64,000 nt of DNA from Enoplolaimus lenunculus (GCA_030248215.1 JASANG010001519.1:186001-250000); one strand, 5' to 3'; positions 39,185 to 51,700 are shown, counted from the first letter of the stretch. The notes: generated by a model from the letters alone, not told the origin. Made by a program: numbers and translations.

Positions 39185-42100
39185 CTAGAAACATCGATGT
39201 TGTTCATTCCATAGTAACAGTTGGAATCCAACAATTTCAAACGTGGTTCGTTGGTGGAACGGTTCTCAATGGGACAAACAGGTCAGTTCTGTCCACACAG
39301 GCCCTACTAACAGAGTTAAAAGATGGGATGCTCCAATGAGGCCAGTGGACAAAATTTAAAACACCAGCATCCGCACTTTTCCAAATTTTTAATCTACGCT
39401 GCACGGATATTTTAGTACTCAAACTCGTCAAAAAATTATATTTTGGAATAGAACCAGTTTTAAAAATTTGATTTTGTCCTCCGACACCGGGTCCTTGTAT
39501 TAAGGCCGACGTCCGTAATCCGAGTATTCGAAGTGCGCTAAACATGTCCCCGTCATTGATTTACTATAAGAAGCCTAAGTGGTGTAAAAAATTCCAGGAT
39601 GCGATGTTGAACGTGGAAGGTTGGCATATTCTCATGACCTGTTTTTAGGTGATGCATATAAACTCAGTCATAAATATCCCGTTAGATATATTGATATGCA
39701 TTGCTCATGCTTTTCATTGGCCCGTTTACCCATCCCCCCACTCCACAAATTTTAAGCCTAAGCCTAATTCTATGCCTATACTCTCTAAAAACTTAAACTT
39801 AAATTATAGCTTAACTAAGCTTGAATATTAGTTTAAGTAATACTCAAATGGCTGGACGGACTAACTAAACTAGAATTTTAAGTTTTACTTAAACTAACAA
39901 GTTTTTTAGTTTAAAACGAGTTTAAGTAAACTTATTTTTGGTTTAAATTACAAGTTCAAGCTAGAAATTATGTGTATATAAGAGTTCAATAAGTTTAGCT
40001 TAAACTATGTAAGATTATAAATTAGTCTAAGAGTAAACCAACTTGTTAGTTCAGTTTATCAAGAAACTTAGTTTAATGCTGTAGGATTAGCTTAAGCTTA
40101 AATCAGGTTAGTTTAAGCTTTTAGAGAGTAGGAAAGTATTGTATATAGTCGAGTCATTTTAATTAATAATACAGATAAGCCATACAGTGGACGAACATAA
40201 AGGTCACAGCCCAAATTATGATGTGCACGTGGCGCCTGCGGACCTCTGCTGCCCTGGCGGCATGTGTCAACCGATTCCGTCGTCAAAATGGACCAATCGA
40301 GTCAACTTTGTTGATGAACATTCAGAAAAATTTGAAGAATATTACGACCAATCGTGCATTGGTAAGTATCTCAGGGTTGTTGGCCGAAAAAAATTACCTT
40401 GAAAAAATAGTCTTTTTTCTATTTTTTCCTGAAAGAAAATAAATGAAAAAATTCATTTTTTTCGGTCATAATTTTTTTTCGAAAAAAACCAACCCTGGTA
40501 AGTATAGTTGCTACATTTATCATCAGCCGTGGACAGTACGACATTTTATGCGCCATATTATCTTTATTATTTTTTTGCATTGATCACACATAATGCAATG
40601 AATGTTCAACTCGTTTACGAGAAACTCAACGCAAACTGTGTACTGTAGTGACCCGAATAAAAGGGGGGACTGATATTTTTATTTGGCCTCTCCAGAGGGT
40701 TCCCCCTGTTATTCGGTTACGGACTGTTATTTATTTTCAACCCGCCTTCATCCACCATTCGTTACTCATATATATCCGGTATTGCAACTATTCGTTGAAT
40801 TAAACGTTGTTTGCCTTGCATCAAAAGCTTAAGCGATAATGCAAGGTTATACTTTGGAATGTTTACTTTCAAAGTTTAAGTACGCTTTAAAGTTTCAAAC
40901 TCAATTTTATTTGATCCTGGAGTCATTTATGCGCTACAGTTAGGAATAATTGACATTTATGGACTCTAATTAGGGTTTTGGGACTCTACACGCTTCCAGA
41001 CTCTTATTAAGGATACGGACTCCTATTGATTTGGACTCAAAATGGGGAACCCTCCTTTTATTACCCCCTCTTATTCGGGTCACTACAGTACACGAAATCT
41101 AAAATGAAACAGAAAATGTTCATATGAGAAAGGGTTAATGCAGCCATCCAGCTATGGTATTGTATTGACCCGAATAAGAGGGGGAGGGGTAATAAAAGGG
41201 GGGTCCCCATTTTGAGTCCCGATCAATAGGAGTCCGTATCCCTAATAAAAGTCCGCAAGCGGATAGCGACCCTAAACTCTAATTGTAGCGCATAAATGAC
41301 TCCAGAACCAAATAAAGTGGTATTCGAAATTTTAAAGCGTACTTAAGTTTTGAAAGTAACATTCCAAAGTATAACCTTGCATTATCGCTCAACCTTTTGA
41401 CGCAAGGCAAAAAACGTTTAATTCAACGGATAATTGCAATACCAAATATATATCAGTAACGAAGGACGGCGAAGGGCGGATTAAAAATAAATAACAGTCC
41501 ATAACCGAATAACAAGGCGGCATCTCTGGAGAGTCCAAATAAATATCAGCGCCCCCTCTTATTCGGGTAAAATACTTGATACCGAAAAATTCATTTTTAA
41601 CTATGTTTTATCGCTTTTAATGGTGTATAAACACACCATTTACACTGCCAAAATGTTGTGACGAATGCAGTAGCTGGAAAATACGTGCGATAAATTATAG
41701 AGCATATATGGCACAAATTGAAAGTTTTGGCAATATACGCTTAGAAAATTTTACAAAAATTCATTAGAATTAATGCCAATTTTTCTTAAATTTTCAAAAG
41801 ATAAATTTTCAATACCTACCGAAAATACCGGAAAATTCCGGCAAAAAATATCACATTTATTACTGGAACCGGATAGTGAGAAATACCTGATTTTTGTACG
41901 AATTGTGGTTTCACTTTGCGGCCAATGTATAACACAGGGCTTCGTATTTTCCAAAGTGGAAAACTTATGACCACTAGAGCAGCGCAGCCACTCCTGTCTG
42001 ACGCCTAACAATTTCGCTTGTTTGGTAGGAAAAATCACAAGCATAATAAGGAACAGTTTGATTGGTCTGGCTGGAAAATTGAGATGTGTCGTTCAATTCG

Positions 42101-44070
42101 GAAAACAGGAAAAGTGGAAAGGTGGAAAGTTCAACCTAGGTATATGATTCCTTTTGGTTGCTAATGAAAATTATAGGTGTAGGCGATGTTCGAAAATTTG
42201 TTTTCCCATATGGTTTGGCAGGTAAAATCTGAAGCATAAGTTTTGCTTGCAAAGCGGGAAAATTGAAAAATGTAAAACGCATAGGTTTTCAGTGGTTGGG
42301 TATTGAAAATCTGACGCGTTTTGTTTGCAAAACGAAAAGTGGAAAATGTAAACACCTAAACTGTCCCCTGGCGGGTAATGGAAATCTGAAGCGTAGGTTT
42401 CGTTTAGAAAACGGCAAAAGTGGAAAAGTTAATACGTATAGGTTTTCCTTGCTTAGGTAGAGAAATTCTGAAGCGTAGGATTTGTTTAGAAAAAAGGGAA
42501 CGGAAGAAAATTTAAACGCCTAAATTTTTCCAGCCAAAATTGCTTGTGGTTGTTGCTACCAAACCAGAGGATTTCCTAGCCGTCATACAGCGGTGGCTGC
42601 GCTTCAGATTTTCCCTATACTGAAACTAAGAAAATTTAGTCGTTTGAATTGTCCTCTTTTCTTTTTTCCAAACCACCATGCACCTCTTGCGATTTGAAGG
42701 AATATTAAGCAGGATGGGAGGCTGCCACCCACCCAAGCCCCCTGTGCGGTGTGTTTTATTACTGAAACAGCTAACATTACCGAAATGGTTTTGAAAAGTT
42801 TGGTGCTTCAGCATGAGAACCGATTGGTCCGGTGGGGCTTGGGGATGCGGCCGCGTCAGCCCCCCATCCTGTCATAGACTTTTAAACTTTCCACTTTTCT
42901 CATTTTCCAAACAAAATCTTTCAGACTTTTCCTACATAAGTAACAAGAAAATCTATGCTTTTTAAATTTTCCACTTTTCTCGTTTTTCAAACAAAACGCA
43001 CCAATAGGTATAATCTACCTAAGCGTTTAAAATAAAATTTACGCAACAGGTTTCCATACTGAACCAGGTAATATCCAGGCCTATGAATGATTTTTCCTAC
43101 TGTAGTGACCCGAATAAGAGGGGGGACTGATATTTGTTTGGCCTCTCCAGAGGGTACCCCTCTGTTATTCGGTTACGGTCTCTTATTTTTCACACACGCT
43201 CCGCCAGCCTTCGTTACTGTTTATATATCCGGTACTGCCACTATCCGCTAAATTAAACGTTTATTTGTCGTGTCAATAGCTTGAGCGATAATGCAAGGTT
43301 ACACTTCGGAATGTACTTTCAAATTTTAAGCACGCTTTAAAGTTTCGAACACAAATTATTTGGGCCTGGAGTTTTTTATGCGCAACAATTAGGGATAATT
43401 TAAATTTATGGACTGTAATTAGGGTTTAGGGACTCTATCCGCTTACGGACTTTTATTTGGAATACGGACTCCTATTGATTAGTACTCAAAATTGGGACCC
43501 CCTCTTATTACCCCTCCCCCTCTTATTCCGGTCAATACAGTACCAGACGAGCAGACTTCCAAGCCGTCATACAGGAGTGGCCGCGCTGCACTCCTGGTCA
43601 TAAGTTGTCCACGATGGAAAACGGTAAACCACTGTGCTAAGCATGGGCCCACCCTGCTAATAACCGCTTGCCGTCCTTGTGTAATAATTTCTACTACCAC
43701 AGACTGCATAAACATTCAAAATCTCAAAATTTGATCTTAATCTACAGGAACTCTTGATTCAATGCGCGCAATTCACTTGCTACTACTGGGCTGTATTAGC
43801 GTGTCAACACTTTTATGGATTGCACTATTCGTTGTGATAGCGCTCACACTCTACAGAAACGTTGTTTGCGTTGAATATTATATGAGACAACGAAGTAGAC
43901 CACTGAGTAAGACGAATACTCGGCACGTCTCAAGGGGTTCAAGCAGGGCGTTGGATAATGGATCTTATGATCCCACATGGCGCCGGAGAACACGTGACAG
44001 CATGCGCCGTCGACGGAGTTGGGCCAGCTCAACAGACGAAGAAACGCTGTATAACCGAGGCTACCCATAG
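35709..44070 (+). CDS. Divergent tetraspanin; exons 35709-36145, 36663-36824, 38222-38360, 39189-39281, 40175-40361, 43748-44070; 446 aa
   Basis: All five introns are GT-AG and phase-consistent (2,2,0,0,1); total 1341 nt. TM1 VKWCFACFNLIV, TM2 FLIITICITVLLLSFTGLAGSVLEH, TM3 YAVSVTFVCLVLVAGIIAIFVY, large loop with RCCS, PADLCC and YYDQSC, then TM4 IHLLLLGCISVSTLLWIALFVVIAL. AATAAA at about 44110. Confidence 0.8.
37505..37639. mobile_element. Family C MITE, internally deleted (tetraspanin intron 2)
   Basis: CACTG..CAGTG termini, TA TSD. Confidence 0.82.
38718..38928. mobile_element. Family C palindromic MITE (tetraspanin intron 3)
   Basis: Near-perfect arms; 2-bp TSD CA. Confidence 0.9.
39109..39181. 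repeat. (AT)n microsatellite abutting the tetraspanin exon 4 acceptor
   Basis: About 36 AT units followed directly by ATTCTAG. Confidence 0.95.
39781..40128. mobile_element. AT-rich palindromic TIR element in tetraspanin intron 4
   Basis: TA-CTCTCTAAAA...TTTTAGAGAG-TA with many CTTAAAC/GTTTAAG motifs. Confidence 0.65.
40372..40497. mobile_element. hAT-like MITE at the tetraspanin exon 5 donor
   Basis: TIR CAGGGTTG/CAACCCTG; GTAAGTAT duplicated on both sides. Confidence 0.75.
40643..41567. mobile_element. Two family E MITEs in inverted orientation (40643-41088 and ~41160-41567)
   Basis: First copy has a near-perfect TIR and TA TSD; the second is its diverged reverse complement about 70 bp away. 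Confidence 0.87.
41920..43649. mobile_element. Long foldback-like element with the same GGCC termini, internal ~60-bp degenerate repeats and a nested MITE
   Basis: GGCCAATGTATAACACAG...CTGTGCTAAGCATGGGCC; ~110-bp inverted arms; TSD CACTTTGC/CACCCTGC; AAAAGTGGAAA repeats inverted across the centre. Confidence 0.7.
43100..43540. mobile_element. Family E MITE nested in the right arm of the 41920-43649 element
   Basis: TA TSD; removing it restores TTTTCCTACCA, as in the left arm. Confidence 0.87.
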
Positions 44071-44300
44071 CAAAATGATAGAGTAAAATGTTTACTTGTT
44101 GTTTACTGAAATAAAAACTGAATGCGACTGCTGCATATTGACGAGTATACAACTCGAGACCCAACTCCGGCTGAAGCAAAAAACCAACCTCCGGCTCCGG
44201 GATTTTTTGCGCAAGTTTCGCTGTTAAGTAGTGAAGGCGCACTAATGTATTTAATAAAATGTGGCGGCGTAAGTACAACCATTCGCAGCATTGGAAGCTT

Positions 44301-44460
44301 GGCCCATGTATAGAACAGGACCGGATCGTTTTCCGGAGAGGCTATAATAGAATCAGTTTAATCTTTAGACAATTTTTTGGCTTAGGCTTAAACATAGGCT
44401 CATCTATACGCTTAGGAATATGCTTATACTACCTTTCCGGCCCTGTTCTATACATGGGCC
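44301..44460. mobile_element. TTAGGC MITE family B variant
   Basis: TIR GGCCCATGTATAGAACAGG, nearly perfect; TSD GGAAGCTT/AGAAGCTT. Confidence 0.88.
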
Positions 44461-45712
44461 AGAAGCTTTAATCGCAAAATGTTTATAAACATATCGGAAT
44501 TCCTGTTATTTTTGTGCTCGAAATCAGTTATAATCATGTAAATATCTCGCAATTTTTCATTACAGATATGCTGCAATTTTTCGAAATGACAAAATATGCG
44601 AAATTCATCCAAAATCTTGAAAAAAATTTTGTCGCATTTGCTTTTTCTGTAAGTTCTAAAAAGCCCGTTGAATATTTGCGTGGTGTAAATGCGTTGTCAG
44701 AAAAATAAAATATCTTTGAAACAATTATCCGGATTCCGTTTACATTATTTTTATCACTATCCGCTTCCGTCTTTATTAGGAGTTTATATCCTGACATAGT
44801 AAGGATACAATTCACCCAAACTGAAGAACAGTCAAAAATAAACATCATGTAATATAGTTTCATACAGCAAATAATAAGCTTTATTTCTTTTCACACCTGC
44901 ATACGTAGATTAAAATAATTCAAAATTCATGGTTCAATTATTATCGTTAAAAGAAATCCAAAACCTAAGGTTACAATGAGCCTGAAACAGAAAAATTACC
45001 TAAATACAAAACTAAATATTTCATCTAAACAGACGAACTTACTTAGTCAAGGTCAACAGATAAATCATCCAGTTTTCGAGCAACTTCGACATTGACCAAT
45101 TATATTACAAACATTACAATATAATGAGTGAGAAACATAACTTATACATCTACCATAAATGCATAACAAACTAATCTAACAATAAATAACAGCTAATATA
45201 CGTGCAGCTGCACAAATTGCAGGCAAGTTAGAGAAATCAGGGGGCATCATATATCTGTTTTACCGATATAATAAATGGAACTTGCAATCGCGTTAAATTA
45301 TTTGATTTCGTCAGATGAACCTCTTGAAAATATAAACAAAGAACAGTTTTTGCGTCTACTGCTAGCATTTTTCCATAATGACACAAATTAACTACAAACC
45401 GCAACTGTTCGAAGGTGTAGCAAAGGGGAATAGGGATCGCAAGGGTTTTCTTGGGATTTTGGAACCTTTTCAGTTAATATCACAAGAATCCCTTTCAAAA
45501 TTATGTCTGTTGACTATACTGGTTGGTTTGTACACTAAGTATAAATTCAGCCTACCCCAAGCCTAAACCTTAACCTAGCTTAAGCGCAAGCCAAACGGCT
45601 CTAGTATTAACATGAACCAAAATTTTTATAAAGCGTATATTCACTAAACGTCTTTTCGAAATCCTGGCTACGCTATTGCCACTGTACTTAAAGATAACCA
45701 AGTAAATTTGTG

Positions 45713-48002
45713 CTATTCACCATTGTTTCCGGCCTCTGATGTTCCGCTTCCATCGCGTGCAGCTTTGTCGCGCAGAAATGTTTCACGCGCGGCATTGAGT
45801 TCTTCGATTGTTGGCTCAAACCTTGAGAAAGGCGGTGTCTTAAGCGGTGTGTATTCGTTCGGTTCCGCTCGTTCTGGCTTCGAAAACGGAAACGGCCGAT
45901 AACTTGATTGAATTTCACTTCTGTCTTGCCACCATTGACCAGTTTTGTAGAAATGATAGTTGAGATGGCCTAAAAGTTTGGCCAAAACGTCAACATTAAA
46001 CATTTGTTAAAGAAATATCACATGTTAAACCATCATAACAACTAGATAAGACATCTAGGAAAAATCCAGTCAATATTCTATGTGACAGTTGGTCTTTAAA
46101 AGCTTATATATTAATTAACTAAGCATCCTGGTAAACTGCCTAAGTCAGACTCAACAAACATTTAATGTATGAAATTACTGAACATTTAAAGTGGCCACAA
46201 CTATGTTCATTAAAAGAATTAGCTCAATAGCCACCATTATCAAAACAATTTGATTCGCACAAAGTTCTAGTTGAATCGAACAGTACGTCATACATCAAGT
46301 ATGAGGCACAATGCAAAACATTGGCGGAGCTATGAATTTTGTTGGAATTAATTGTATAATAAGTTGTGCACACGAAATAACATTTGAATGTTGGCCACAC
46401 AGAGGCACAAGCCATCATACCTTCTTCCACTTCCTTTGCATGTCTCTCTTCTTCTGCTCTTCGGGCTTCAACTATTTCTGGATGGCGCCGTTCCCAGATC
46501 ATACGATGCTTCTGTTTCATGTACGCGTCCACAGCAGAGTGTCTCATACCTAGCTCTCCATCTATAATGAAATTACATACAAAATGAATTTTAAAAATAC
46601 AAACAAAAACATGTTTAGAACATACTGTCGTAAAATATATGTAAACGCTTAACTTCCTCTAGCTCTCCATATATAATGAAATTACATACAAAATGAATTT
46701 TAAAAATACAAACAAAAACATGTTTAGGACATACTGTCATAAAATATATGTAAACGCTTAACTTCCTTTATTACGCAACCCCTACCGGATCAACTGAACT
46801 ATATTTATATAAAATAGCAGCCTACCACCAAATACGTTTTGCTACAGTTACAGTAGCCGTTTTCCACACAACGACTGGTAGATAAAAAGAAACAAACGTC
46901 AAGAAGCTTTAACTCGATATCAGATTACGTTTTTTAAAATTTGGAACACTGAAACAACAAACCTTGTTTCAACTTGTGTACACAAAATAAGTTATTTACT
47001 GTTTACGTTTAAAATAGTGTTTGTTAAAATTGTTCATTTCAACTAAAATAGTATGCGCGTGATTAAAAATAAGTCAAAGTCTAATTACATTTAATAAAGT
47101 AATTCAATTCGTTCTTTTCATAATCATCAATCAGTTTGGCGCACATGTACGCCTTTTCCGGAGAATGATGCATCAGGCATTCTTCCATGCGGTCGCGAAG
47201 AATGAGTAAAATGTTTCCATCCACTTGTCTAAAAGAAAGTCTGGCAGAGTAATTTAGCCTGCACTTTTCAAGATGCACCTTTAGCAGTGAAAAAATTACT
47301 GCCAATTCTATTACACAAAACAGTGAAAATATTAATGGGGACATGTAAGGTGTTACATAAAATAATCTAATCAAGATGGGCCTGAATCAAATTTAATTCC
47401 TAGTAGTAACAAACAAAGACATCATACCTGTCCAATCGAAATTGCAAATTGGCTTCGTGAATACAAACATTATCGTCGTACTCACATTCATCAATTGAAG
47501 GAGCTCTGTTGAATTTTCGATGATAATATGGTCTCCGATGCTTTTGGCGTAACGGCTCAACCACACTTTCTATAATAAATTCTTACTGATTGTACCACAA
47601 ATGTATTCAAATTGTTGTTGAACGGTTCGTGTTAAGCAACGAAACACTAAAATTTAGCTGTTACGTACGTTACGTATAAAACAATAATTTTGGTTATGCA
47701 AAAACATAATATTGGTCTCGCAAACACAAATTAAGTTATACTATAATTATTTATTTTACAAAAATCAGTTAACCCATTCAAACAGATCGTAGAAAATTTT
47801 CATATTGCGCAACGTAGAAGCTAACCAAGAAACTTCAATGCTAACCTCTAAACCACCGAGTCGGCCCATCTACAGCTTCGTAAATCAATCTAGACAGTTT
47901 CATCATTGGCGTTCCACTGATTTCAGCATCTAAATCGTGCACGTGCTTAAACGCATCCCAGGCCTCCTTTGTCTCCGAACCGGGAGAATTTGGAGGCGCC
48001 AT
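45713..48002 (-). CDS. NDUFB10: NADH:ubiquinone oxidoreductase subunit B10 (PDSW); exons 48002-47846, 47569-47428, 47228-47089, 46561-46421, 45969-45713; 278 aa
   Basis: Spliced product contains VDGPTRWFRESVVEP, YYHRKFNRAPSIDEC, CIHEANLQFRLDRQVDGNIL, NYFIKYGELG and DAYMKQKHRMIWERR, typical of NDUFB10. 837 nt in frame. Confidence 0.93.
46550..46767. repeat. 109-bp tandem duplication spanning the NDUFB10 intron 3 / exon 4 junction
   Basis: Two copies (46550-46658, 46659-46767) differing at 3 positions. Confidence 0.92.
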
Positions 48003-48315
48003 GGTTATTTCTGTGATTACTGAAATACTACGGAGACTTAAAGCAAGCTAATAATAATGCAACAGAAATATGTCCAGCTGCGTTAACACCAACTCAACCA
48101 ACAAGAATGAAACGCGTTCTCAAAAGCAACGGAACCCAATGAAATAACGGTCTAAAAATATGCTACTACAGGTTAGCATCAAAACGTTCCCCAGGACGCT
48201 GCGAAACGTAAAGGCAGATCATGCGCGGGCTTATGTTGTTGATTACCTATATGTCGACAGAAAACGCATGTACCAGATAAAATTCTTATGCAATGTGAAA
48301 ATAGAAAATATTGAA

Positions 48316-48387
48316 AGTTCTTAGTTCAGTAGTAAGCGCGTTGGCCCGGATAGCCTAAGGTCGCTGGTTCGAATCCAACCGTAGCCA
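48316..48387 (+). pseudogene. tRNA-like sequence (tRNA pseudogene or tRNA-derived SINE head)
   Basis: A-box-like TAGTTCAGTAGT and perfect B-box GGTTCGAATCC over 72 nt. The acceptor stem does not pair and the anticodon arm is irregular. Confidence 0.55.
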
Positions 48388-48721
48388 ATTGTTTCAACTA
48401 CTTCTTACATACATTGCTCATAAGACCGCACCACCTTACATGGTGACCACAATGGGACCGCAAGGGTATACCGCCGCGGTGTGAGCACATAAAACGTTGT
48501 GACGGAACAGGGGACGACCTCGTCGAAAAGGGGATATGTCGGGTATTTCACAATGATAGACGCCCCATTCTGAAAACTTTTAGGTCTCACTAGCTATGGT
48601 GTTAACCTTCTGCGAATTGCAACCGGTTACTTTCTAACAATACTCAAATTCAAAGTTATATTGGTTACTTTTTCAGGTGCTGTATTAAGCTGTCAACGAA
48701 GTTTCAAACGTTTGCCAAAAA

Positions 48722-51700
48722 ATGTCACTAAACGTTGAAAAGCATTTGCGAAATGGAGGTACACATAAGTTCATTGCTTTATACATAGAAGTAGATACGT
48801 TTCAGGAGCAGTGGATAGTATGAAATGTAACGTTAAACGAACCGTTTCACACGTTTCGATTGATACTCGAAAACAAATTTAAACTCTATGATTATCATAT
48901 CGTGAACTCTGCAATTATGTTAACGTGTTGGAGCTTTATATTAATTGCACAGCTAGGAAAATATGTTCGCTAAATGTTATTCGGATATTTGTTTCGTTAA
49001 TTCCTTTAATGAAACTGTAATCGTATATAGCGCACATATTCACATTGTTTCAAGCAAATTTTATATTGAAACCGACGGTGATCAACTAGCTCCCGTATGT
49101 GGCCAAAGCCCCTATCCTGATTGTAAACGTGAGACATGCGTGTCATGGTGCATATGCAATATATGCAATGGACATTGTGTTATGCTTGCGGTAGCATACA
49201 GTTGACACATTAGTCGACGATAAAAGCAGTTGGAGAGACGGGACACGACTGGCACTAATCAATGAAAATGTTGCGCTCCTTCAGCAGAGGGATAAAATCG
49301 AGAACCTTATTTTGAGGTTGGACAAGATAATTAAATATCTGTAGTTTTAACCGCGAATGACCAACAGCTAGCAGTGGTAATCGAAATCGCAACCATAAAT
49401 ATTCTGTATCCGGTAGTTTTATACGGGATGCCGGAATCAAATGCGGGTTTAACGTTTTTTGCCGGATGATATACTGGAATCGGATATCCTATCGCACCGT
49501 ACTCTTATTATATCCCCCTGCAGAAGGAGGACCAAAAATTTTGTGCTCCTGCAGCCCATTTACAGTGGCGAATCCAGAAATTTCTGAATTGGGGTTTAGC
49601 GAAATATAGCAACGCAAAACGCTCGCTAGCGAAGGCTTGATTCCTATTGCACGGTTTGTGCCCAGGTATCTCCATATATCTGTCAGTGTTTGTGATCGAA
49701 AACAAGACTTTAATTTTGCAGTTCTAATTCTCAGAAATTGTCTGAAATCTCAGGAGTATGTGTAAAAATGTTCAGGGTACAACCGGGTACCAAAACCACG
49801 CGGCCCTGATAGTAAAATATATAGCGGGAGCCGAATGCTCAGAGCGTATGACATCAAAAAGTAAAACCTAATCTCGTCAATTTATTAATATATACGTACT
49901 TCCTATGCTTTTAGTATTTACTGCGTTTCTTAGTACGCGTAGCTCTGCCAAACAGGAAGAAATTTGTGATTTGTTTGTAATTTTGGGCATAAGTATCAGT
50001 TCGTTACAGGGTTATCGTATGTATATATACTTTTCAGCGATAAATATCCGGTAATCTAGAATACCACAGCTGGAGCCGAATGTTAATTTTTGCCGGAGTT
50101 AATAGCATCTTGATAACAATGTATATATGTATTTTTGTTCTTGACCTCTTGTAGCATTGAGCTGTAGATATTTATTGCAAATGGAGTCTGGAGAAGACGG
50201 CAAAAATATTGGCTCATCTGAACGTGGAAGCGCAGCTAGTGGTGAGAGTTACTTTCAGGCTTGATTGTGTTTTGTGTAACATACAATCGTTTGCTTGCGA
50301 AGCATTGCTCCATTTGTCATTGTTACTTTGGGAAGGGGGCATGTGCGTACGTGTTTCCAAAGCTAGAGTGAAAACTTTGCTTCTAAACAGGGAAGATGGG
50401 CGGTCTCGGCAAGTCTTCGGATTTGGCTGGTCTCGGTCTCATTTTTAGTTTCGGTGGTTTTCAAATGGAGATCAAAGAGGTTAAAAAGCGAGAAACATGT
50501 TTTTACTTTTTTCTACTCAACGTTCTCACTAATAAAGGTATATAATTGCTGTTAGCTGAACTAGCGTGAGATGAAGAAAGGACGTGGAAATGTTTTCCTC
50601 ATATTTTTTACTATTGGATATATACTTGTTTACTTCTCTCGACACTATGACTGTTTTAATAGAAGGCTCAAGTTCCACTAATGTGATTACGTATTTTATT
50701 ACATTATAACATCGTTGGCTTAAGCTAAGTTTATGCTTCAGCTTAGACATGTGCGTGGGGAAGTAAAGAAGTAAATAAAATTGCACAGTACAGGCAAAGT
50801 GAATGAGCTTTTTACAGAGTTGATCACCAAGTAATGTTTTCATTAATATTTGCACTGACGGTCACATATAATCCGGTTAAGTTCATTTTGATATGTGGAT
50901 ATGTGTGAAACGTCTGTTATAATTTGAGTTAGTTATAGTTTTGTGAAAGTTTTCAATCATTGCGTTTGTGCCATCATTCCTAAGTGTAAAAAATATTCAA
51001 AACTTTTGTTAGAAAAATCTTATTTTTATTTTTGGTAACGGTTAAAATTGACCGAAACTGACACCAAAAGTCTCGGTGTCGGTGGGTTGGGTCTCGGCTT
51101 TGGTGTCTCTTTTTTGATCGAGGCCATCCATTCCTGCTCCTAAATCCTTAAATCACTTCTATGTCATTTTGATTGTGCGAAACCAAGAATACTCACGAAA
51201 GCAATCAGATTTTTTCATAATAAAAGTGAAACCGTCGAGTGGTGTTATTGTTTGGGTCGCTCCAAAACCTGAAATTTGTTCAAAGGACACGATGAAGAAG
51301 CTATTCAGTCTATTGTGACGTTTTAGTGTTAACCACGCCTGTTACTTTTTCGCTGCAACAATTGGCAGGTGTGCCTGGAAGTGGTTCTTCATCAGCAGTA
51401 ATATCGACCGCAAAAATACTAGAGCTCATCACTACAAACAATCCGTTTGACTTGCAATTTAAAGAAGCCGCCTGTAGCCCTGATGATGCTGTAAGCATAT
51501 TTTCGCCGACCAATATGTATGACATACTTATATGTGTGACTTTCTTTCCGTTTGTTTGAAAATAAATGAATATTCGGAAGCGGAGGTTTGTCTGTGCGTA
51601 AAGACAAAATATTAAGGTTGTGGCTTTTGGCTTACGTTTGAAAACTTGGTTACTAGCGAAGAGGGAAGACTGTTGCTGAGTTCTGAGTTGAAAAACTCAC

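Noticed and set aside
39106..39648. Long + frame interrupted only by two TGA codons (possible selenoprotein or readthrough)
   Set aside because: It begins in the (AT)n tract and overlaps the tetraspanin exon 4 in another frame. No recognisable domain or SECIS was seen, so chance is the likelier explanation.
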